The translations under genes were made by a program, and so were the position numbers. The notes under the pieces are model-generated. The model ran no database searches, was not told the DNA's origin, and saw nothing but the letters and a program-made list of their open reading frames with translations. Of a DNA stretch of 64,000 nt, positions 21,625 through 30,915 are shown one piece after another (position 1 is the first letter of the stretch; each line of letters starts with the position of its first letter). Origin of the DNA: an uncultured cyanobacterium (GTDB lineage Bacteria; Cyanobacteriota; Cyanobacteriia; Cyanobacteriales; CAWCAG01); NCBI GenBank assembly GCA_963803805.1, contig CAWDOD010000002.1:896001-960000 (forward strand). Direction: 5' to 3'.

Positions 21625-22752
21625 TTAACCAAGTTCTTGAAAAGAAAAAGATTCACAGACACAAACATCATCAAGAGCTACCTGTATTTTAAATATAGTA
21701 ACAGGACTCACATAAAAAAGTCGAAGTTGAATATACAAATCTTGACCTCTAGAAACAACTTCTTGTAGTATTTCTTCGGTTTCAGATAACAGAATGAGTT
21801 TCATTTGTGGATATAAGTAGCGATCGCCCGAAGCGGGATGAAGCTGTACAATAATACTAATTCTTTGTTCAGATTCATGGGTTACTCCTACTAACAAAGT
21901 AGCTGCGCGATCATCTAGTTGAACCCCAAGATCAATTAGTTTAGCCCGCTTAACATCAGCTTTGGGTAAAAATTGAGGATTAATTTGTGCTGCTTTTCTG
22001 AAAGTACTATTAAGGGGAGAAGGAGCTTTAATAGAGCCTCGAAATTGCCTACTTGGCTGCGGAGTATTAAGTCTTGCTTCTAAGGTTTGCCAACCATTAC
22101 TGAAAATGTTCTTAAACCAATTTCCTACATTAACTACAGTACTTGTGGGAGGAGATTTCAAGTTCTTTGGCTTAGGTGTAGGAGTCAAAATTGCTTCTAC
22201 ATCTTGCCACTCACTATTAAAACTATTAACCAACCACTGGTTAAGGCTAACGGCAGATTTACCAAGACTTTGCAGGTGTCTCAGGAGAGAATCTAGGGGT
22301 TTTAATTGATTAATAACTAGTGTCCCTTCTTCAGCAGTGGGAGAAAAACCTAGCAACAAGGCTCTTTTAGCTTCCTCATCAATTCCTACTACTACATAAC
22401 CCAGACGAGCTTCTCGTGCTTCTAAAGGCACTGGACAACTGTTAGGTAAGTTATCTAAAGTAATCCTCACAGGACGACATTCTAGTTTCCCCAGCCCTTT
22501 AACTGCTAAATCTGCTACATCTTCGCACATATGCAGTACCGGATTCCAACTATCACCCTTTTCTAATTCAGTATCTATTTGCAAAAGTTGGAGATAATTG
22601 TTTACTACCCAAACTGCCAAGGTATTCAAGTAAATCCGTTCTCCCTGAGAAGCATGAGGTTGGGCAGCAGCAAAGCGTTTTGCGAAAGCGAAACCTGCAC
22701 TATCAATGGGCAGAGGTAAGTATTCTTGGTGAGCATCAATGGAACTATTCAT
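21625..22752 (-). CDS. DUF1822 family protein (putative anti-sigma factor)
   Basis: YLNTLAVWVVNNYL, ADL...GKLECRPV, GYVVVGID, RAKLIDLG, QLHP; probable start MNSSID at 22752, 23 bp after the sigma stop. Confidence 0.85.
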   Translation of the reverse strand: MNSSIDAHQEYLPLPIDSAGFAFAKRFAAAQPHASQGERIYLNTLAVWVVNNYLQLLQIDTELEKGDSWNPVLHMCEDVADLAVKGLGKLECRPVRITLDNLPNSCPVPLEAREARLGYVVVGIDEEAKRALLLGFSPTAEEGTLVINQLKPLDSLLRHLQSLGKSAVSLNQWLVNSFNSEWQDVEAILTPTPKPKNLKSPPTSTVVNVGNWFKNIFSNGWQTLEARLNTPQPSRQFRGSIKAPSPLNSTFRKAAQINPQFLPKADVKRAKLIDLGVQLDDRAATLLVGVTHESEQRISIIVQLHPASGDRYLYPQMKLILLSETEEILQEVVSRGQDLYIQLRLFYVSPVTIFKIQVALDDVCVCESFSFQELG

Positions 22753-22775
22753 AACTTCACTTCCTAATAAATCTT

Positions 22776-23396
22776 TCAAATATATGCTTGAGACTTTGCA
22801 AATTGGCGTAAACGAGGACGGCATTGACGTTTATAAAAACTGTAGAGAGTTGACAAAGGGCAATTTAGTTCTGCGGCTAATTCTTCCCAACCTGTTTCTG
22901 GAGGTAGGCGGCGCAGAATCACCTTTTGGCAAGTAATATCTGGGCGTTTTTTCATGTGAGTACTGGTTAAGTCTCCATCAGGATCACTTCCTACCCAATT
23001 CCTAGTTTCTTCAAGAATAGGAGGTATTTCTTGGGGAGCTTCTGTAAAAGGTTCTGGATCATTGCTTTTTAATTGTTGGTAAAGTTGTCTATCTCTTTGC
23101 TTCTCGGTACGAAAATCTAGAAGTCGATATTTGAGATAGTTATTAAGCCAAGTAATTACAGAACTTCTGGCAGGATTATAAGGTTGACAACTGTTTCCTT
23201 CACAAAGGTTACGAACAAGATATAGCCAAGTTTGCTGTAAAGCATCCTCATAATAAAGAGCATTTTCTCGCCACAATCTCCCAGAATTGACGATGACTCT
23301 AATTAAGTGGTTGAGATATCTTTTTCGTTCCCAACTATCAGCAGGATATTGGCAGCTTTGGGCGACAAGTTGCTTGATTTGCTCTTCTTGTACCAT
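22776..23396 (-). CDS. Sigma-70/ECF-like RNA polymerase sigma factor (cyanobacterial type linked to DUF1822)
   Basis: YEDALQQTWLYLVRNL and SVITWLNNYLKYRLLD (region 2-like); WEELAAELNCPLSTLYSFYKRQC HTH (region 4-like); start taken at MVQEEQ (ORF track extends to 23570). Confidence 0.8.
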   Translation of the reverse strand: MVQEEQIKQLVAQSCQYPADSWERKRYLNHLIRVIVNSGRLWRENALYYEDALQQTWLYLVRNLCEGNSCQPYNPARSSVITWLNNYLKYRLLDFRTEKQRDRQLYQQLKSNDPEPFTEAPQEIPPILEETRNWVGSDPDGDLTSTHMKKRPDITCQKVILRRLPPETGWEELAAELNCPLSTLYSFYKRQCRPRLRQFAKSQAYI

Positions 23397-23605
23397 TTTG
23401 GTGCAACACCTGAGTTGGGCTTTGCCTACAGGACTATTTCTCAAGGCTGTCCCTAATCTTCTGGAGTTGCTACCTTTTAAAGCAGAGTTTAGTTGATCAA
23501 GAAGGTTCTCCCCAGGAGAATAGCCATTTTCTCTTAGGTTACGAAAACTTACCCAGCTAGTAACATTCATGATTAATTTTGCTCAGAATCTAGATATGTG
23601 TTTGC

Positions 23606-23664
23606 CTTGCTATTTACTTATCTGCGAGAAAGAAACTTTTTTTGCAAAAACCTCAGAGAAATTT
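23606..23664 (-). promoter_or_regulatory. Repeated bipartite motif, copy 3 (upstream of the sigma-DUF1822-CHAT operon)
   Basis: CTTGCTATTTACTTATC-N21-GCAAAAACCTCAGAGAAATTT. Confidence 0.8.
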
Positions 23665-23991
23665 ATCTCATTGAATTAATATTGTTTAAGTAGCAGTATA
23701 GGAAAAAAGTACTAGATAGATTTAGTACTTTAGTTGCATGAAATTTAGTCATATAGATCCTGTTCGGTGAAGATGCAGGTTCCTTAACATTTAATTAGGT
23801 GGGTCATAAGTTTCATTTCAATCCTGGGATTGTGAACAAAGATATACCTAAAATCAAACGCGATCGCACACATTAGTCATCTAAACTAGCGGTAAAAAGC
23901 ATCCAGTATCTCAAAACTCTACTCTGTCAAAAGAAATATAGCCAAAAGTGGCATAGCTGTTTGACATCCAACCAATTCTCCAAGGTTAACA

Positions 23992-26406
23992 ATGGGAACT
24001 TACAAAAAGGTCAACAAGTCAACTTCTCAACCCTCTAAGCTTTCACAAACTCCTAGTCCATTACAACGAAATTCCCTGCCTTCTGTGGCGCAACAGGGAA
24101 ATGGACAAACCTTAGAAGAAATGCAGGAGATGCGTGAGAGATTTGAAGCAGCAGGAAGTACCTTTTTGTTGAGTGATACTTACGATTCTCCAGCGCAACC
24201 AGAAGCGATACAAGCAAAGTTAACCATCGGTGAAGTGGGAGATCAGTATGAGCAGGAAGCCGACGCTGTAGCAGCAGATGTAGTTAAGAAAATTAATGCT
24301 CCTCCTTCTCCTAGCGATGTTGGTGGTAATAATCTCCAGCGTCAGGAAATCCCAGAAGAGGAGTTACAGATGAAACCCACTCTGCAACGTGATGGAGGAG
24401 TTGGGGGCGGTGCAGCTTCTGAGGAATTAGAACAAAATATTGAAAGTGCTAAAGGTGGTGGACAATCCTTAGACCCCAACTTACAGACGAAAATGGGTGA
24501 CGCGATGGGGGCTGACTTTAGTGGGGTAAAGATCCATACTGATGCAGCCTCAGATCAATTAAATCGTTCTATTCAAGCCAAGGCTTTTGCTACAGGACAA
24601 GATGTCTTTTTCCGTCAAGGAGCCTATTCTCCCCAAAGCGAAAGTGGACAGGAATTAATTGCCCACGAGTTAACCCATGTGGTGCAGCAAGGTGGGGCTG
24701 GGGTACAGGCAAAGCCTGCTGTACAAGCAAAAACTTTATCTCCAGGAATTAGCTTGAAACAAGGTGGTAGGGCTAATTTAAAATCAATTTCTCGCCAAGT
24801 TGATTCTCTCTCACCACAAAATAAAGCAGCTATAACCACTGCTTCGACAGCAACTTTACAAAGAGATGTAGACCATCAAGTATCGCCAATAATTACTCAA
24901 GGACTAGCACCAGCAGATCCTCAAGTAGCACCAGTAGACCTTGAACAACCATCCCCAGTTAACCCTGAAGTATCGCCAATAATTACTCAAGGACTAGCCC
25001 CAGCAGATCCTCAAGCACCATCAGCAGTAGACCCTCAAGCACCATTAGTAGCAGATCCTCAAGCCGCAGCACCAGCAGCGAATGCTTCCAATTCCCTAAG
25101 TCTGTTAACAGGAGATCCTCAATTTGCACTAGCTATTCATAAAGCAAAAAAAGGTGATCCCCCTCCTAAAGATTGGCCGAAAACGCAAAAAGCGCTCAAT
25201 ATCTGGAAGCAATTAAGTGCTGAAGCAAAGGCCAAGGATGAAGCCTCCTTATTTGAAGCTTCTGCCCTCAAAGTCTTTAAGACGATGTATGACACGGCTA
25301 TGGCTGAGCCACAAGCAGAGCAATCTGCGGATGGTCCAGTTAAGAAAGGACTTAAATTCGTTGGAAATTTGTTCTTCAAGTTCCTTAAAAAAGCTTTCTA
25401 TGATCCCATTGCCTATTGGACTAAAGGCCTTGTTAAGGAAGGTTATGGACTCCGAAAAGACATGGCTGCTGTCAAGCAAAACTTCTCTAATGCTTGGACT
25501 TACGGAAAGGGGCGAGAAGTATTAAAAGGAGTAAAAGGAATTATCGGTGCTATTGGTAAAGTTGCTGGGGGGATGGCTCTGTTAACAGGATTATTGGGGC
25601 TTATTCCTGGACTGCAACCAATTTTAGGTTTTACAGCAGTTGCGGGAACCTTAGCGATGTGGGCAGCAATGATTAATGGTTCTATCTCAGCCATAGAAAC
25701 TATTTATGATGGTGCGATCGCAGCTTACGAAAAAGTTAAAGATGGAGAAGTAAGCGCAGATAGAATGCAGAGCCTCAAGTTATCAGCTTTAGGTACAATC
25801 CAAGGAGGAGTTGCTTTTGCCACCTTCGGTTTATACCAATTCGCAGGAGGTTTCTCAGACGGTTTCCTCAGTGATCCTGTATCCAGAGCAGATGGGGCAT
25901 TTAATGATAAACTCCCCAACGTAGCTGATAATCAAGGTTATGTAGATAGTGCAACTAGCCCAAATACCGATGCTATAAGTCAAGGAGCAACTGCCACGGC
26001 AGAAAGAGCTACAAGAGGTGGTGTTGTTGGCCCTGGTGGCGCAGAGGCTCAGGGAAAAATCAAGGCTCAACATACGGCTCAACAAGATACTCAATTTTTG
26101 AAATCATGCCAAGCTCAATTGAGTAGCATCCAAGAGAGAGTCCTGGGTGTATCTTTGACAACATCTCAAACAGTTAGTGAGAGAAGGAATCAAGCCAACG
26201 CTCCTGTGAATCTGACTCAAGTAGCTCAGGATGTCGAAAGTGAATTTGGCGATCAGGTGGCACAGGAAGCAGGAGGGCCAGTAGAGTTTAATGAAGTAGA
26301 CGCTAGTAATGCGGTTTCAGAGGTTAAAGGAAAGACAGAAAAGGTTCAAGGTGTGGCGGAATCAATTGTAACTACAGCGCCATTAAGCGAGTCTGCCGAT
26401 GAATAA
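23992..26406 (+). CDS. DUF4157 (eCIS core domain) protein with hydrophobic C-terminal extension; putative effector
   Basis: IQAKLTIG...EQEAD, DFSGVKIHTD, AKAFATGQDVFF, LIAHELTHVVQQ (HExxH); C-terminal Gly/Ala-rich hydrophobic helices. Confidence 0.85.
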   Translation: MGTYKKVNKSTSQPSKLSQTPSPLQRNSLPSVAQQGNGQTLEEMQEMRERFEAAGSTFLLSDTYDSPAQPEAIQAKLTIGEVGDQYEQEADAVAADVVKKINAPPSPSDVGGNNLQRQEIPEEELQMKPTLQRDGGVGGGAASEELEQNIESAKGGGQSLDPNLQTKMGDAMGADFSGVKIHTDAASDQLNRSIQAKAFATGQDVFFRQGAYSPQSESGQELIAHELTHVVQQGGAGVQAKPAVQAKTLSPGISLKQGGRANLKSISRQVDSLSPQNKAAITTASTATLQRDVDHQVSPIITQGLAPADPQVAPVDLEQPSPVNPEVSPIITQGLAPADPQAPSAVDPQAPLVADPQAAAPAANASNSLSLLTGDPQFALAIHKAKKGDPPPKDWPKTQKALNIWKQLSAEAKAKDEASLFEASALKVFKTMYDTAMAEPQAEQSADGPVKKGLKFVGNLFFKFLKKAFYDPIAYWTKGLVKEGYGLRKDMAAVKQNFSNAWTYGKGREVLKGVKGIIGAIGKVAGGMALLTGLLGLIPGLQPILGFTAVAGTLAMWAAMINGSISAIETIYDGAIAAYEKVKDGEVSADRMQSLKLSALGTIQGGVAFATFGLYQFAGGFSDGFLSDPVSRADGAFNDKLPNVADNQGYVDSATSPNTDAISQGATATAERATRGGVVGPGGAEAQGKIKAQHTAQQDTQFLKSCQAQLSSIQERVLGVSLTTSQTVSERRNQANAPVNLTQVAQDVESEFGDQVAQEAGGPVEFNEVDASNAVSEVKGKTEKVQGVAESIVTTAPLSESADE
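24878..25015 (+). repeat. 48-bp direct repeat 90 bp apart in the Pro/Ala linker of the DUF4157 protein
   Basis: AAGTATCGCCAATAATTACTCAAGGACTAGC(A/C)CCAGCAGATCCTCAAG at 24878 and 24968. Confidence 0.85.
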
Positions 26407-26453
26407 AATCATTAGCATCTGGCTATAGATCAAGTAGCAATGGGGAACAATTA

Positions 26454-26915
26454 ATGGCAACTAATGGTATCAAACCCTATTTAACTTTAGGATTAATCGC
26501 TGGCATAGTTACAGGCTGGTTAATGGTGTTATTTGGCAATAGTAACGACTTACAAATATTAGCCCTTAACCTTGTTTTAGCACTAAAAATTATGTCCATT
26601 GTTATCCCCGTTGCCAGCCTATTGCTACAAGGTTATAAGCAATGGGCTAATCCCCAACAATCAAAAGTGACTAACCCTGTTGTCTTACTTCAACCTTTAG
26701 GCTTGGGTTCAGTAGCCTTTGTAGCAGCTTTGGCCTTATTTTTAGTTCCCATCTTAATTGCCCTGATGGTTATTAAAGGAGTGGATGGAGTCCAGTTAAG
26801 GGAGTTGATTTATCAACAAATGAATTGGCAATTTTGCTTCATTGGTTTAGCTGCAACTATTGTCAGCTTCTACATCAATGTATTTAGTAACTGGATTCGT
26901 TCTCCTCAACAATAA
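26454..26915 (+). CDS. Hypothetical 4-TM membrane protein (possible immunity protein)
   Basis: 153 aa with four hydrophobic segments, 47 bp downstream of the DUF4157 gene. Confidence 0.65.
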   Translation: MATNGIKPYLTLGLIAGIVTGWLMVLFGNSNDLQILALNLVLALKIMSIVIPVASLLLQGYKQWANPQQSKVTNPVVLLQPLGLGSVAFVAALALFLVPILIALMVIKGVDGVQLRELIYQQMNWQFCFIGLAATIVSFYINVFSNWIRSPQQ

Positions 26916-26921
26916 ACCCAT

Positions 26922-26955
26922 GTAGGGGGGAGTGTTCACTCGCTCCTACTTTTTC
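26922..26955 (+). terminator. GTAG...CTAC hairpin plus T-tract (REP-like/terminator)
   Basis: GTAGGGGGGAGTG-TT-CACTCGCTCCTAC-TTTTT. Confidence 0.55.
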
Positions 26956-26990
26956 CTGTTTTTAGAATAGTATTAATATCTTTTGATAAA

Positions 26991-28241
26991 ATGAAAACTA
27001 CTTCTGCTCAAATCAATCAACAGCTTATTTTCCAAACCAAATCTGGCGATTCTATAAAACTTGAAATCATTAAAATAAAACTTGCTAAAGAAAAGCAGGA
27101 AATTAAAGAATGCCAATTAATAGGCAACCTCGATTTAGCACTTTATCAACAAATAGAAAATCAGGAATTATTTCAACTTCAGCCTCAACTAAAAGGTAGA
27201 ATCTCTAGTGGTGAGTTTAACCCGAATTTGCCTTTAACCATAACTATTTACCTTGAGCCAGAATTACTTCCCAACTTAGAAAAACAAGCGGCTGGGGCAA
27301 AAAGTGCTGCTAATTACTTATTGAAGCTAGGTGAAACTCAACCGGACACGGAATTATTACAAACAGATAATTGGTTTACTCTAACAGTAAAACAACAACA
27401 ACCTAACCAAGAAATAACTCTTCGTACCTTCTGGGATTACTTAAATATCCCTCAAATTACCACAGAAAAAGCAGATATTACCGAGGACTTGCTTCATGAA
27501 GCGATGCTCAACTTTTGCCAAGATACAGTAACTACTGGATTAGTATCAGAACTTCCTAATTCTGTTAACCAAGAAGAAACTATTGCCGCAGCTAATCAAC
27601 TGCTCAGTAACTTATTTAGCAGTAATAGAGACGCAGAAGAATCAGAAAAAAATACTTTCCAAGGAATTGCTGATAGCCTGAGTTTATTGGAATCTTTAAT
27701 TCCTTCAGATATTACAGAAATTATTCAACGCCAAACTCTTAACCAAGAGGAAGTAGCATCCTTATCAAAGGCTACTTCACAGAGGCAATCTGCTTCTATT
27801 TTAACAGAAGTTAAAAGCTTTTTTGAAAATGAAAATTGGTCTTTTGAAGATATTGAAAATCAAAATATTCTGAGAATGTTCTTTCAAGGAGAAAATGGGC
27901 AATGGCTTTGTGTGGCAGAAGTAAAAGCAGAATTAGAACAGTTTATTTTCTCTTCAATTAGTAATACCAAAGCCCCAGAGATGGCCAAAGATGCTGTAGC
28001 TTCTTTACTAATGCGCTTTAATTGTGACTTAACTATTGGCAACTTTGAACTAGATTTTAGTGATGGAGAAATCCATTTTCGGACTAGTATTGATGTGCGA
28101 GGAAGTCGTTTAGATGAAGCTTTGATTAAAAACTTGGTTTACACCAACGTCTTGACAATGGACAAATACTTACCAGAAATCAACCGCTTAATCGAAGGTA
28201 AAACTGCTATGAGTAAATGGTTTAGTCAAATTCCTAGATAA
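26991..28241 (+). CDS. Protein with C-terminal YbjN (type III chaperone-like) domain
   Basis: FQGENGQWLC...RFNCDLTIGNFELDFSDGEIHFRTSIDV...NVLTMDKYLP. Confidence 0.8.
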   Translation: MKTTSAQINQQLIFQTKSGDSIKLEIIKIKLAKEKQEIKECQLIGNLDLALYQQIENQELFQLQPQLKGRISSGEFNPNLPLTITIYLEPELLPNLEKQAAGAKSAANYLLKLGETQPDTELLQTDNWFTLTVKQQQPNQEITLRTFWDYLNIPQITTEKADITEDLLHEAMLNFCQDTVTTGLVSELPNSVNQEETIAAANQLLSNLFSSNRDAEESEKNTFQGIADSLSLLESLIPSDITEIIQRQTLNQEEVASLSKATSQRQSASILTEVKSFFENENWSFEDIENQNILRMFFQGENGQWLCVAEVKAELEQFIFSSISNTKAPEMAKDAVASLLMRFNCDLTIGNFELDFSDGEIHFRTSIDVRGSRLDEALIKNLVYTNVLTMDKYLPEINRLIEGKTAMSKWFSQIPR

Positions 28242-28270
28242 TTGAGATGCTCATAATTGAGCATCGTAAC

Positions 28271-28684
28271 TTATTTCTCTATGGTCAGTTTAGTATCCCA
28301 CCTTCTCAGATAAAACAAAGTAAAGCAAGCCGCTAACATCGGCCAAGCAGCGAAAAATAATATGTTCGTATCTTGATAGGGAGCGAGATAAACCTTAAAA
28401 GGAGATAGGGTAGAAACTGAATGGAGAAATAGTACTGCTCCATAACTCAAAGTTTTTTTGATGCCCAGTACAAAACTGATAATAATTAATAGTTGAATCC
28501 CCCCAATTATATAAATGGGAATATTACTTAAACCAGAAATTAAGTAAAAGTTTTCAAAAACAGCAGAAGCGTGTTGTGGATTAATAAACTTGTCAAGAGT
28601 CCACACCAACATGACTAAAAATACCGACAATCTGAGGCTAACTAAAGCTGTGGCTACGGGGTTATGAGGATTATTGTTGGTCAC
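28271..28684 (-). CDS. DoxX-like membrane protein
   Basis: LRLSVFLVMLVWTLDKFINPQHA...NILFFAAWPMLAAC. Confidence 0.7.
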   Translation of the reverse strand: MTNNNPHNPVATALVSLRLSVFLVMLVWTLDKFINPQHASAVFENFYLISGLSNIPIYIIGGIQLLIIISFVLGIKKTLSYGAVLFLHSVSTLSPFKVYLAPYQDTNILFFAAWPMLAACFTLFYLRRWDTKLTIEK

Positions 28685-28770
28685 AATTGGTTTATCCTAG
28701 CAGTTTGAAGTTGCCCCCTGATTATAAAAGTCCAAAGTGATACTAAGCTTAATTTTTCCTGAACATAAAA

Positions 28771-28802
28771 ATTAGGGATGCAATTTGGTTCGCATCCCTA
28801 AA
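28771..28802 (-). terminator. Intrinsic terminator-like hairpin
   Basis: TTAGGGATGC...GCATCCCTAA, A/T-flanked, just past the stop at 28825. Confidence 0.6.
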
Positions 28803-28824
28803 TTATTTTATTAAATTGCTTAGC

Positions 28825-29406
28825 TTACCAAACTTCTTGCTGATATTCTTGAACGCAACTATTGAGCATTTGCAAATCATTATCACTCAACTCACTCAAA
28901 GGTTGATAACCATCTAAACTAACCTCTGGTAAGTTAGGATTACCTTCTTTAGCAACGGTAGATTGAGATTTCAAAGCCACAGAATAAGGATAAGTTTCCT
29001 CATCATAAGGATCAACAACGGCAATATTCATTTTCTGAGGTTCAATGCTACCGTAGAAACAATTAAACTCAGATTGCGGGGCATAAAAAGCACCCACTAC
29101 TTTGTTGTTGCGTACCTGAAAAACCAAATACTCTGCACCTAATACATCTGGTTGAGGCGATCGCCCATAAAGATAGTTGCCATCAGCTAAAGATACTGTA
29201 GTAGCACCATCAGCCCCATTTCGTTCCCCTTCTAAAACAGCAACCATACTCTCGTACATCCGTTGCTGTTGTGCTGACTCGTGGTTTTGCAAATTGTAAG
29301 CAAACAAAGGAGCCGCACTAATTGCAATCAAGCCTGTACTGATTAATAAACCAACATTGAGCCAAGAAAGCTTTTTAAAATTTGTTTTTAAAATTCGATC
29401 CAACAA
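28825..29406 (-). CDS. Conserved cyanobacterial exported hypothetical protein
   Basis: Signal-like N-terminus; DGNYLYGRSPQPDVLGAEYLVF...GAFYAPQSEFNCFYG. Confidence 0.7.
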   Translation of the reverse strand: MLDRILKTNFKKLSWLNVGLLISTGLIAISAAPLFAYNLQNHESAQQQRMYESMVAVLEGERNGADGATTVSLADGNYLYGRSPQPDVLGAEYLVFQVRNNKVVGAFYAPQSEFNCFYGSIEPQKMNIAVVDPYDEETYPYSVALKSQSTVAKEGNPNLPEVSLDGYQPLSELSDNDLQMLNSCVQEYQQEVW

Positions 29407-29826
29407 AATATTCCCCTCACTCCCTCATATGACAATAGCTATTCAAAAACTTGCTCTTCTCGATCAAAGATATAACTCAATACTTAGAGTTAATACCAAA
29501 CTTCTTAAAGAACTACTTTTGTTAACTTGAGTATTTCCCTCTATTACAATTTACCTTTATTGGTATGGATCTTGCACCCTAAGCGTGACAGTTTTGTCTG
29601 TGGAACATTACGTAGCTACAGCAAAATTAAGGTAATTTACGCAAACAAATCTCGTTTTTGCCTCTAAATCCAGTTTAATTTTGCTATAAATATTTCTTAG
29701 GGAAGAGTTGGGATCGCAACCGAATCAAACTTTGGACTGTTATTTGCTGATTTTGCGGAGAAAGGGAAAAATATCCAAAAGTTAATACTTGTTAGTAAAT
29801 TTTTATTTACAAAAATTCATGGTTAG

Positions 29827-29889
29827 AGGGGTGACTCAATAAAATTAATCTCCTCAAGTTTTGAGCTGGAACTTGGGGAGTCACCCCTC
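29827..29889 (-). terminator. Nested inverted repeats downstream of sigB
   Basis: GAGGGGTGACTC...GAGTCACCCCTC with an alternative inner arm CTCCTCAAGTT...AACTTGGGGAG. Confidence 0.5.
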
Positions 29890-29928
29890 CAAAAGATGTC
29901 AATTGGATTGCTAGTTAAGCTTGCTCGC

Positions 29929-30915
29929 TTAACTAGCAGCAATATACTCACGCATATGGTTACGACGACGACGTAATTGATTGAGGGCTTGATTTTCCAA
30001 CTGACGGACTCGTTCGCGACTTAGATTCATTCTTTGACCAACTTTAGCCAGGGAAAGTTCCTTGCCATTATCCAACCCAAAGCGTAGGCATAATACCTCT
30101 CTTTGTTGGGGAGTCAATTCCGCTAGCATAGTTTGTAAATCTTGCCGCATGGACTCTTGGGTAATATAGTTGTCTGGAGAAGGACCGCTATCTTCAAGCA
30201 GATCAGATAATTCTGTATCTTGGTTATCCCCAACCCTAACATCAAGGGAAATCGGCTGGCGAGCAATACTTAAGTAATCACGGATTTGGCTGGTTTCCAA
30301 ATCCAGCACCTCAGCAATTTCTTTTGGGGTAGCGCTGCGACCCAACTTTTGAGCAAGTTCTCTTTGGGTTCTCTTGATTTTATTGAGCTTTTCGGTAATG
30401 TGAATTGGCAGGCGAATGGCACGGGCTTGTTGAGCGATCGCTCTAGTAATTGCTTGGCGAATCCACCAATAAGCATAGGTAGAAAACTTATAACCCCGCA
30501 TAGGGTCGAACTTTTCTACTCCCCTTTCTAAACCAAGAGTACCTTCTTGAATCAGGTCAAGAAACTCCATGTTACGCTTTTGGTATTTCTTGGCAATGGC
30601 TACAACTAAGCGTAAATTAGCTTCAATCATCTTAGCCTTACCGCCCTTGCCTTGACGTAGAATTTTCTTCAATTCCACTTCGCTTAACTCAACCTGATCT
30701 GCCCATTCTCTGAAACTGGGTTCACGGTCTAATTCTGCGGTTAGCTGTTCTTTTTTCTCTAGCAAGTTCATCATGGCTTGGACTTGCTTACCGTAGCGAA
30801 TTTCTTCGGTTTGAGTCAGTAAGGGGACACGACCAATTTCATGCAAATAGGTACGAACCATATCCGCCGATAAACTGGTTTTATCTGTTGTTTGGGCAAT
30901 TTTGGCAGTGGGCAT
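29929..30915 (-). CDS. sigB: Group 2 RNA polymerase sigma factor SigB
   Basis: MPTA...ADMVRTYLHEIGRVPLLT; DLIQEGTLGLERGVEKFDPMRGYKFSTYAYWWIRQAITRA; SRERVRQLE. Confidence 0.85.
   Translation of the reverse strand: MPTAKIAQTTDKTSLSADMVRTYLHEIGRVPLLTQTEEIRYGKQVQAMMNLLEKKEQLTAELDREPSFREWADQVELSEVELKKILRQGKGGKAKMIEANLRLVVAIAKKYQKRNMEFLDLIQEGTLGLERGVEKFDPMRGYKFSTYAYWWIRQAITRAIAQQARAIRLPIHITEKLNKIKRTQRELAQKLGRSATPKEIAEVLDLETSQIRDYLSIARQPISLDVRVGDNQDTELSDLLEDSGPSPDNYITQESMRQDLQTMLAELTPQQREVLCLRFGLDNGKELSLAKVGQRMNLSRERVRQLENQALNQLRRRRNHMREYIAAS

Noticed and set aside
23397-23570. 58-aa N-terminal extension of the sigma factor in the ORF track
   Set aside because: Sigma-like sequence begins at MVQEEQ; the extension is more likely 5'UTR, though not excluded
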